Positions 18,621 through 25,898 of a stretch of 29,198 nt of DNA are shown one piece after another (positions within the stretch are counted from its first letter, which is position 1; the number at the start of each line of letters is the position of its first letter). The translations under genes were made by a program, and so were the position numbers. Origin of the DNA: Candidatus Sulfotelmatobacter sp. (GTDB lineage: Bacteria; Acidobacteriota; Terriglobia; Terriglobales; Acidobacteriaceae); assembly GCA_030045935.1 (NCBI GenBank), contig JASIEN010000401.1, forward strand, positions 1 to 29,198, written 5' to 3'. The notes beneath the pieces were generated by a model. It searched no databases. It was not told the origin of the DNA and saw only the letters and a program-made list of their open reading frames with translations.

Positions 18621-18652
18621 ATAGCGACGATATGGTCTACAAGGAGAACATC

Positions 18653-19099
18653 ATGTCCATGAACAAGTTGAGCTTGATTGTTGCTGCACTCATGTTGTCA
18701 AGCTGCGCGGCAGTAGCGCAGGATCAAACGCCCGAGCAGGGAAAGGTCATAAAACACACCGCGATACAAGCGACATCGGCCGCGTCCGGCAAGGAAATGT
18801 ACGATTCCTATTGTGCTGTCTGCCATGGCACGGATGGCAAAGGTAACGGCCCGGCGGCGAGCGCCTTGAAGACTATGCCCACGGATCTCACGGCATTGAG
18901 CAAGAACAACGGCGGAAAATATCCCAGCCTGAAAGTTTCGGCCGCGATCCGTGGCGATGCCAACGTTCCTGCCCACGGCACCAAAGATATGCCGGTGTGG
19001 GGATCACTGTTCCGGGGAATGAGCCAGGGGCATGAGAGCGAAGTCCAGCAGCGAATTGCCAATCTGACGAAGTATGTCGAGTCGTTGCAGACGAAGTAG
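18653..19099 (+). CDS. Secreted monoheme class I cytochrome c
   Basis: AAGGAG RBS, signal peptide (LSLIVAALMLSSCAAVA), CAVCH heme motif and distal Met in DMPVWG. Confidence 0.92.
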   Translation: MSMNKLSLIVAALMLSSCAAVAQDQTPEQGKVIKHTAIQATSAASGKEMYDSYCAVCHGTDGKGNGPAASALKTMPTDLTALSKNNGGKYPSLKVSAAIRGDANVPAHGTKDMPVWGSLFRGMSQGHESEVQQRIANLTKYVESLQTK

Positions 19100-19138
19100 G
19101 TCTCGCCGGAACTGAACCAGGGCAATTAGAATCGTCTG

Positions 19139-19186
19139 CATCCCGAGGCCCCGCGCTTTCACCTGCGGGGCGAGGGATCTCGCGTG
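19139..19186. repeat. Palindromic repeat element (half copy of the 24121 element)
   Basis: CATCCCGAG...GCGCTTTCA...GGGGCGAGGGATCTC aligns with CATCCTGAG...GCGCTTTTCA...GGGGCGAAGCATCTC at 24123-24164. Internal GCCCCGC/GCGGGGC stem; lies between convergent genes. Confidence 0.65.
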
Positions 19187-19221
19187 TGGCGCTGCGTGTG
19201 CTCCTCGGCAAAGTGACGGTT

Positions 19222-20262
19222 TTAGCTCCCGGTGAGTATCCGCCACGCCTCGCGTCCCGAAACCGCCACGTAGTGCGCGCTCTTGACCGCCTTCATATAT
19301 TGTGCCCGCTCAAATGCCGACGGATCTGCGCAGCGCAACTGGCTCATACTGCCCTTCATCTGCTGCACCGAGTCGTATTCGTGTTCCTCCATCCAGTCGA
19401 TCAGTCCCTTTTCGACGTGACGCAGGTGGCCGATGCCATTTTTTAGCAGGGAGGAGCACAGCATGGTGACATCTGCTCCCACCATGAGCAACTTGACCAC
19501 GTCCTGCGAACCATGAACGCCGCTGGTGGCTGCCAGGCTCGCGCGCACGCGCCCATAAAGAATTCCAATCCACGTCAGCGGCAGCCGTAAATCCTGAGGC
19601 GTGCTCAACAGCACGTTGGGCTCGATTTCCAACTCTTCCAGGTTGATATCCGGCTGATAAAAGCGATTGAAAAGCACCAGGCCGTTGGCGCCGGCATCGT
19701 CACAGCGCTTCGCCATGTTGGCCATGTTACTGAAGAAGGGGCTGATCTTCAGGGCGACGGGAATTGTTACTGCAGACCTCACTGCAGTGAGAATGTCGAT
19801 GTATCTTTGCTCGATTTCGCTGGAGGACACGCGAGGATCGGTAGCGAGAAAATAAATATTGCATTCCACAGCGTCCGCACCGGCCTGCTCGATTTCACGG
19901 GCATATTCGGTCCAGCCGCCAACCGAAGCGCCGTTAAGGCTGGCAACGATTGGAATGGAGACGGCATCTTTCGCGCGTCGGATGTGGTTGAGATAAGCCT
20001 CGGGCCCGGTGTGGAATTCGTTCGGCTGGGGAAAGAATGAGGCTGCCTCGGCGAAGCTCTCGGTTCCCGCAGTCAGACGGTCATCCAGTTCCAGAGCTTC
20101 CTGCCGCAACTGCTCCTCGAAAAGTGAATAGAGAACAACGGCCGAAGCTCCCGCCTCTTCCAGGCGGCAGATACCGTCGATTTCGTGCGACAGCGGCGAT
20201 GCCGAAGCGACAAGAGGAGTACGCAGCCGTAATCCCAAATATTTGGTGCTGAGGTCGATCAT
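19222..20262 (-). CDS. Dihydroorotate dehydrogenase-like flavoprotein (PFOR-associated)
   Basis: TKYLGLRLRTPLVASASP, VALKISP, GLVLFNR, LLMVGAD; GGAGGAG RBS; directly downstream of nifJ. It lacks the NxSCPN catalytic motif. Confidence 0.88.
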   Translation of the reverse strand: MIDLSTKYLGLRLRTPLVASASPLSHEIDGICRLEEAGASAVVLYSLFEEQLRQEALELDDRLTAGTESFAEAASFFPQPNEFHTGPEAYLNHIRRAKDAVSIPIVASLNGASVGGWTEYAREIEQAGADAVECNIYFLATDPRVSSSEIEQRYIDILTAVRSAVTIPVALKISPFFSNMANMAKRCDDAGANGLVLFNRFYQPDINLEELEIEPNVLLSTPQDLRLPLTWIGILYGRVRASLAATSGVHGSQDVVKLLMVGADVTMLCSSLLKNGIGHLRHVEKGLIDWMEEHEYDSVQQMKGSMSQLRCADPSAFERAQYMKAVKSAHYVAVSGREAWRILTGS

Positions 20263-20321
20263 GTTATCTCCTCCGTTGTGCGTGGTTTTCTCAGTGGCCT
20301 CCGCGATACTGTGCCTAATGG

Positions 20322-23300
20322 TTATTTGGTTGCCGCCGATGTGGTTTCTGCGACCGCCTTGGCCAGCTCCTTGCCGTTCTTGCGCTGCGCCAGATATTCG
20401 TACAACCGGTATCGAGTTTCCGTATCATGCTGCGCCTGTTCCCAAAGATGTTTGGCGTCCTCCGGCTTGCTTTTCAGCAGCATCTTGAAACGCGTTTCCA
20501 TGTTCATGAAGTCCTGCACCTTGCGCGTAGGAGCCCGCGAGTCAAGAATCAGAGGATTTTCACCCGCCGCGGCGCGCTCGGGATTATAGCGGTAGAGCAG
20601 CCACTGACCGGAGTCTACTGCCGCTTTCTGATCGGACATGCCGGTTGTCATGTTGATGCCATGGGCAATGCAGTGTGAGTAGGCGATGATCAGGCTTGGC
20701 CCGTCATAGGCCTCGGCTTCGAGGAAAGCTTTGAGGGTGTGCTCGTCTTTCGCGCCCATGGCTACACTGGCGACGTAAATGTTTCCGTAGCTCATCGCAA
20801 TGAGGCCGAGATCTTTCTTGGGACCCGGTTTGCCGCCGGCGGCAAACTTCGCCACCGCCGCTCGCGGAGTGGATTTCGAAGCCTGGCCTCCGGTGTTGGA
20901 GTAAACCTCGGTGTCGAGCACCAATACGTTGACGTTACGGCCGCTGGCCAGCACATGATCAAGGCCGCCGTAGCCGATGTCATAAGCCCAGCCGTCACCC
21001 CCGACGATCCAAACGCTTTTCTTGACCAGCAAATCGGCGATGGCGAGCAGTTGCCGGGCCTCCGAAGAATTCAGGCCGCGCAGTTTTTCTTTCAGCAGCT
21101 CAACCCGCTGCCGCTGCTCATGAATATCGGCCTCGTCCTTTTGCGGGAAGGCGGTCAGTGCAGTCGCGAGTTCTGTGCCGATCGTGTTGGCCAACCGCTT
21201 TACCAATTCGCGTGCAAATTCAGTCTGCTTGTCGATGGAGAGCCTGAATCCGAGGCCAAATTCGGCATTATCTTCGAATAACGAATTCGACCACGCCGGG
21301 CCACGCCCTTGCGCATTCTTGGCCCACGGAGTGGTGGGAAGATTTCCACCATAAATCGAAGAGCATCCGGTCGCGTTGGCGATCACGGCGCGGTCGCCAA
21401 ATAACTGTGACATCAGTTTCAGGTAAGGGGTTTCGCCGCAGCCTGTGCAAGCACCGGAGAACTCGAACAATGGCTCCTGAATCTGCTGCTGGCGAATGTT
21501 AGCGACTTTGATGTTTCGGCGGTCGAGTTCGGGAATTTTCAGGAAGAACTTCCAGTTCTCGCTTTCAGGAGCACGCAGGGGCGGCTGTGGCACCATGTTG
21601 ATTGCCTTCAACCGCGTTTCCGTCTTGTTCTTTGCCGGACAAACTTCTACACAGATGCCGCAACCCGTGCAGTCTTCCGGTGCAACCTGAATGGTGTATT
21701 TCAACCCCTGCCATTCTTTGTCGCGCGCGTCGGTGGATTTGAAGGTGGCCGGAGCACCTGCCAGTTCTTTAGAGTCGTACACCTTCATGCGGATCACAGC
21801 ATGCGGGCAGACCATGGCGCATTTGCCACATTGAATGCAGACCTTTTCATCCCACGCGGGAATCTCCAGGGCCAGATTGCGCTTCTCCCATTTGGCTGTG
21901 CCGGTAGGGAAAGTGCCGTCGACAGGAAATGCGCTCACGGGAAGCTCATCGCCACGCCCGGCGTACATCGTGGCCAGAACATCTCTCTCGAAAGCAGGCG
22001 CCAAGATGGAAAACGGCGCGGGCATCTCGATCGTGCTGGTCACGCTGGCGGGGACTTTAACTTCAAACAGGTGCGCCAGCGCTTCATCCACCGCTTTCAT
22101 GTTTTTCTGGACAATCTCTTCGCCTTTTTTGCCGTAAGTGTCGCGGATGGATTTGCGAATCGCGTCGATGGCCTGGTCTCCCGGTAGAACCTTCGAGATC
22201 GCGAAGAAGCAGACCTGCAAGATCGTGTTCATGCGGCTGCCCATACCGGTATCGCGCGCAACCTGATAGGCGTCGATCACATAAAATTTCGCTTTCCTTG
22301 CGATGATCTGCTGCTGAACTGCACGCGGCAAATGATTCCAGACCTCATTTGGACCGAATGGGCTGTTGAGCAGGAAAGTTCCACCCTCAACCAGTGCGCT
22401 CAGCATGTCGTAGCGTTCGAGAAAAATCCATTGATGACATGCCACGAAATTCGCTTGCGAAACCAGATAGCTCGAGCGGATCGGTTGCGGGCCGAAGCGC
22501 AAGTGCGAGACCGTCATCGCGCCTGACTTTTTCGAGTCGTAAACAAAGTACCCTTGGGCGTAGTTGTCTGTGTTCTCGCCGATGATCTTGATCGAGTTCT
22601 TGTTCGCGCCGACAGTCCCATCCGCGCCCAAACCATAAAACAACGCACGCACAACGTTGTCCGGTTCAGTCGAAAATTCCGGGTTGTACGACAGGCTGGT
22701 GTGGCTTACGTCATCCAGAATGCCAACCGTGAAATGTTCTTTTGGTTTTTGCGCTTTGAGATTGTCGTAAACCGCTTTGACCATCGCAGGAGTAAATTCC
22801 TTCGACGATAATCCATAGCGTCCGCCAATCACGAACGGCATTGTCTTCAGCTTGCCGTAATTTCGATTCAACCCCTCGTGCAGTGCGTTCACCACATCGA
22901 CGTACAGCGGTTCGCCAACTGCCCCCGCTTCCTTGGTGCGGTCCAGAACTGAAATCCTCTTTACGCTTGCCGGCAATGCTTCCATGAAATCTTTAACCGA
23001 AAACGGCCGGTACAAGCGCACTTTCAGCAGTCCGAGCTTTTCTCCTCGCGCATTCAGATGTTCCACTGTTTCGTGGGCGACTTCTGCGCCTGATCCCATC
23101 ATCACGATCACGTGTTCTGCATCCGGGGCGCCAATGTAATCGAACAGGTGATAAGAACGGCCGACCACCTGCGCGAATTTCTCCATCGCGGCGCGCACCT
23201 TGTCCGGGCATTCGTCGTAAAAGGAATTCGCGCGCTCGCGCATTTGAAAAAAAACATCGGGGTTTTGCGCCGTCCCGCGCAAAATGGGGTGGTCCGGCGA

Positions 23301-23930
23301 CAGCGCACGGCCGCGATGCTCGAAGACGCGGTCCATATCAATGAGGGCGCGCATGTCGTCTTCGCTCAGCATCTCGATCTTGTTCACTTCGTGAGAAGTG
23401 CGAAAGCCATCGAAGAAATGCAGGAAAGGAATACGCGACTCCAAAGATGAAGCGTGCGCAATCAAGGCCATATCCATGGCTTCCTGCACGGAATTGGAGC
23501 TGAGCATGGCCCAGCCCGTGGTGCGGCAGAACATCACGTCACTGTGATCGCCGAAAATGGAGAGCGCGTGCGTGGCCACGGTGCGAGCCGAGATATGGAA
23601 CGTTGTTGGCGTCAATTCCCCGGCAATTTTGTTCATGTTGGGGATCATCAACAGCAGGCCCTGCGATGCGGTAAACGTGGTTGATAGCGCGCCTGTCTGT
23701 AGAGCCCCGTGAACCGCACCCGCCGCGCCGCCCTCGCTTTGCATTTCAATGACATGCGGCACCGTCCCCCAGACGTTTTGTATGCCCTGCGAGGCCCACT
23801 CGTCGGCCCATTCGCCCATGTTTGAAGAAGGAGTGATCGGGTAAATGGCGATCACTTCGTTGGCGCGGTAAGCGACATATGCCACCGCCTCGTTGGCGTC
23901 CATGGTCTTGATCTTGCGTTTTGCGGTCAT
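20322..23930 (-). CDS. nifJ: Pyruvate:ferredoxin (flavodoxin) oxidoreductase, homodimeric type
   Basis: YPITPS, EMQSEGGAAG, CIQCGKCAMVCP, CTGCGICVEVCP, GACTGCGE, TPP motif GGDGWAYDIG and EVYSNTGGQ; 1202 aa. Confidence 0.98.
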   Translation of the reverse strand: MTAKRKIKTMDANEAVAYVAYRANEVIAIYPITPSSNMGEWADEWASQGIQNVWGTVPHVIEMQSEGGAAGAVHGALQTGALSTTFTASQGLLLMIPNMNKIAGELTPTTFHISARTVATHALSIFGDHSDVMFCRTTGWAMLSSNSVQEAMDMALIAHASSLESRIPFLHFFDGFRTSHEVNKIEMLSEDDMRALIDMDRVFEHRGRALSPDHPILRGTAQNPDVFFQMRERANSFYDECPDKVRAAMEKFAQVVGRSYHLFDYIGAPDAEHVIVMMGSGAEVAHETVEHLNARGEKLGLLKVRLYRPFSVKDFMEALPASVKRISVLDRTKEAGAVGEPLYVDVVNALHEGLNRNYGKLKTMPFVIGGRYGLSSKEFTPAMVKAVYDNLKAQKPKEHFTVGILDDVSHTSLSYNPEFSTEPDNVVRALFYGLGADGTVGANKNSIKIIGENTDNYAQGYFVYDSKKSGAMTVSHLRFGPQPIRSSYLVSQANFVACHQWIFLERYDMLSALVEGGTFLLNSPFGPNEVWNHLPRAVQQQIIARKAKFYVIDAYQVARDTGMGSRMNTILQVCFFAISKVLPGDQAIDAIRKSIRDTYGKKGEEIVQKNMKAVDEALAHLFEVKVPASVTSTIEMPAPFSILAPAFERDVLATMYAGRGDELPVSAFPVDGTFPTGTAKWEKRNLALEIPAWDEKVCIQCGKCAMVCPHAVIRMKVYDSKELAGAPATFKSTDARDKEWQGLKYTIQVAPEDCTGCGICVEVCPAKNKTETRLKAINMVPQPPLRAPESENWKFFLKIPELDRRNIKVANIRQQQIQEPLFEFSGACTGCGETPYLKLMSQLFGDRAVIANATGCSSIYGGNLPTTPWAKNAQGRGPAWSNSLFEDNAEFGLGFRLSIDKQTEFARELVKRLANTIGTELATALTAFPQKDEADIHEQRQRVELLKEKLRGLNSSEARQLLAIADLLVKKSVWIVGGDGWAYDIGYGGLDHVLASGRNVNVLVLDTEVYSNTGGQASKSTPRAAVAKFAAGGKPGPKKDLGLIAMSYGNIYVASVAMGAKDEHTLKAFLEAEAYDGPSLIIAYSHCIAHGINMTTGMSDQKAAVDSGQWLLYRYNPERAAAGENPLILDSRAPTRKVQDFMNMETRFKMLLKSKPEDAKHLWEQAQHDTETRYRLYEYLAQRKNGKELAKAVAETTSAATK

Positions 23931-23998
23931 TATTCCCCCGCTGGCTGTTGTTTAGCTGAGCCGATGATTAAGCATGGATGATGGGCGCCGATGTCGTC

Positions 23999-24036
23999 TG
24001 CCAAGTCGGTCACATGAGGATGTGATCTTCGTCACA
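23999..24036. promoter_or_regulatory. Tandem CRP-type boxes upstream of nifJ
   Basis: TGCCA-AGTCGG-TCACA (23999) and perfect TGTGA-TCTTCG-TCACA (24021), 22 bp apart. Confidence 0.72.
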
Positions 24037-24120
24037 TCGGCAAAATGAACGGCTTAGACCAGCCGGCGTGAAACTCGGTCGTGGCTCAGTTTGAAAACAA
24101 AGCGACCCGCACAATCGGGC

Positions 24121-24266
24121 GTCATCCTGAGCGCAGGCGCTTTTCAGCCGGGGCGAAGCATCTCCTGCCCCACGGAATTGTGCAGCCGGAGATCCCCGTT
24201 CGCCGCGCTCACTTGCTCAGGGCAGGCTCTCGCCCGGCTGGTGGAAACGCGGGCGTTCGGGATGAC
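24121..24266. mobile_element. 146-bp MITE/REP-like palindromic element
   Basis: Terminal inverted repeats GTCATCCTGAGCG / CGTTCGGGATGAC (both mismatches G-U compatible) and an inner GCGAAGCATCTCC / GGAGAT...TTCGC stem. Related copies at 19139 and 4889. Confidence 0.6.
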
Positions 24267-24333
24267 ACTATGTGAGAACGCGGAAAGTTCAAGCCGGACC
24301 ACTACCTGAAATTCAGCCCGTCACGCGCAGTTG

Positions 24334-24371
24334 TGTGACGCAGGTCACATCTGCGCGTGCCCCATGGCACA
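24334..24371. promoter_or_regulatory. Tandem CRP-type boxes upstream of the Crp/Fnr regulator gene (candidate autoregulation)
   Basis: Perfect TGTGA-CGCAGG-TCACA (24334) and CGTGC-CCCATG-GCACA (24356), 22 bp apart. GACACT at 24393. Confidence 0.72.
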
Positions 24372-24426
24372 GCCAAGTGGATCGTTGCAAACGACACTGA
24401 AAAGGAATGGGAGGAAGGTGGTCCCC

Positions 24427-25146
24427 ATGAACTCACCCTATGGACTGGAAATTGTCGAAAGCTGCCTGACTTGCAAGTTTCGCTCAGATCGCATCTTTTG
24501 CGACTTGCAGCCTTCGGCGTTGCAGGCTTTCGAAGAAATCAAATACACGACGGCCTATCCTGAGGGCGCCATTTTGTTTGTGGAAAAGCAGGCGCCACGC
24601 GGGATTTTCGTCATCTGCAAGGGCAGTGTAAAGATGTCGGTCAGCGCTCCCAATGGCAAGACCATGATTGTGAAAATTGCCGACGCCGGCGAAGTGCTCG
24701 GCCTGAGCGCCACCGTTTCCGGCCGGCCTTACGAAGTGACCGCCGAGACCATCGATCCCTGCCAGATCAACTTCGTCAAGCGAGAGGATTTTCTGCGCTT
24801 TCTGAAGAATGACATCCAGGTTTGCTTCAAAGTTGCGGAGCACCTGAGCGAAAAGTATCACACGGTGTGCAACGAAATCCGCTGTCTAGGCCTGTCACAC
24901 TCGGCTGCGGAAAAACTGGCAAAGCTGCTGCTGGAATGGAGCTCCAAGAATGGGGAGGCTTCCAGACCTGAACCGCGCGTAAAGCTGCGGCTTACCCACG
25001 AGGAGATCGCGCAGATGATCGGGACCTCACGCGAGACGGTCACTCGCCTGCTCGCCGATCTGAAGAAACACCAGATCCTGAACACTCGCGGTTCCACGCT
25101 GGTCATACGCAATCAGGCGGCGCTGCGCGAATTGGCCAACAATTGA
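24427..25146 (+). CDS. Crp/Fnr-family transcriptional regulator with an N-terminal Cys cluster
   Basis: cNMP-type beta-barrel (LFVEKQAPRGIFVICKGSVK, GEVLG), wHTH LTHEEIAQMIGTSRETVTR, and N-terminal C13-x2-C16-x8-C25. ATG 24427 follows GGAGG. Confidence 0.93.
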   Translation: MNSPYGLEIVESCLTCKFRSDRIFCDLQPSALQAFEEIKYTTAYPEGAILFVEKQAPRGIFVICKGSVKMSVSAPNGKTMIVKIADAGEVLGLSATVSGRPYEVTAETIDPCQINFVKREDFLRFLKNDIQVCFKVAEHLSEKYHTVCNEIRCLGLSHSAAEKLAKLLLEWSSKNGEASRPEPRVKLRLTHEEIAQMIGTSRETVTRLLADLKKHQILNTRGSTLVIRNQAALRELANN

Positions 25147-25150
25147 TGTT

Positions 25151-25206
25151 TTGCCGGAGCACTTGTTTCCGGCAACCACACTGAAGCAGAACCACAAGTC
25201 TGCTTC
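25151..25206 (+). other. Two adjacent perfect 8-bp hairpins in the regulator-hemerythrin spacer
   Basis: TTGCCGGA/TCCGGCAA (25151-25175) and GAAGCAGA/TCTGCTTC (25183-25206). No U-tract follows. Confidence 0.5.
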
Positions 25207-25309
25207 TCAGCACCGGTGCGCCATTCGGCGTCTTCCACTTAAAGTTCTGCATCGTTCCGCCGATAGCTCTCGATGATCCTCAAATCCGTACCGTAGATTG
25301 GAGATGACG

Positions 25310-25717
25310 ATGGCTTTGGTGACATGGGAACCCTCTTATAGCGTGAAGGTGCAGCGGTACGATGAAGACCACAAGAAGCTGTTTGCCATGATCAACGAGT
25401 TGCATGAAGCCATGCTGGCGGGCAAAGGAAAAGAGAAAATCCAGGAGACGGTGAAGAAGCTTGGCGAGTATACAAAGTTCCACTTTTCGGCAGAAGAAGC
25501 ACAACTTGCAAAGACGAATTACCCGGATTTGAGTGCGCATCGGGCGGAGCACCAGGCTTTCATCAACCGGATCCAAAAGTTTGAACAGGAGATTGCAGAA
25601 GGCAAACTCAACCTGTCGGTTTCGGTGGGAATGTTTCTCAACGAATGGCTAGCCAACCACATTCGCAAAACCGACCAGAAATATTCGAAATATCTTAACG
25701 AACACGGAGTTTCGTAA
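25310..25717 (+). CDS. Single-domain bacteriohemerythrin
   Basis: Complete di-iron ligand set: DEDH, HFSAEE (HxxxE), HRAEH (HxxxH), WLANHIRKTD (HxxxxD). GGAG lies 6 nt before ATG 25310. Confidence 0.93.
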   Translation: MALVTWEPSYSVKVQRYDEDHKKLFAMINELHEAMLAGKGKEKIQETVKKLGEYTKFHFSAEEAQLAKTNYPDLSAHRAEHQAFINRIQKFEQEIAEGKLNLSVSVGMFLNEWLANHIRKTDQKYSKYLNEHGVS

Positions 25718-25786
25718 GCATCGGCGGCGCGCCAGCGATGCTGCCGTAGCCCGCGTATCCCCAACATTCCAGGCATCTTCGTCGCT

Positions 25787-25824
25787 GGTGATCGCCGTCA
25801 CAATTTTCCGTGACCATAGTCACC
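25787..25824. promoter_or_regulatory. Tandem CRP-type boxes upstream of the radical SAM gene
   Basis: GGTGA-TCGCCG-TCACA (25787) and CGTGA-CCATAG-TCACC (25809), 22 bp apart. TATCGT at 25846. Confidence 0.65.
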
Positions 25825-25861
25825 GCCCGTCTAAGCCCCCGCTTATATCGTGACATTGGGG

Positions 25862-25879
25862 TTAGCTACACATAGCTAA
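25862..25879. promoter_or_regulatory. Perfect palindrome, candidate operator of an unknown factor
   Basis: TTAGCTA-CACA-TAGCTAA, 19 nt upstream of the radical SAM start codon. Confidence 0.4.
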
Positions 25880-25898
25880 AATGGGCCAGGAGGCCGCA

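Noticed and set aside
20286-20313. Possible degenerate copy of the CACAGAG-type repeat between nifJ and the DHODH-like gene
   Set aside because: Too diverged to distinguish from chance by eye.
15304-23930. Reverse TCA carbon fixation implied by PFOR plus OFOR
   Set aside because: No citrate-cleaving enzyme or fumarate reductase in the window, both enzymes commonly run oxidatively, and OFOR substrate specificity cannot be read from sequence.
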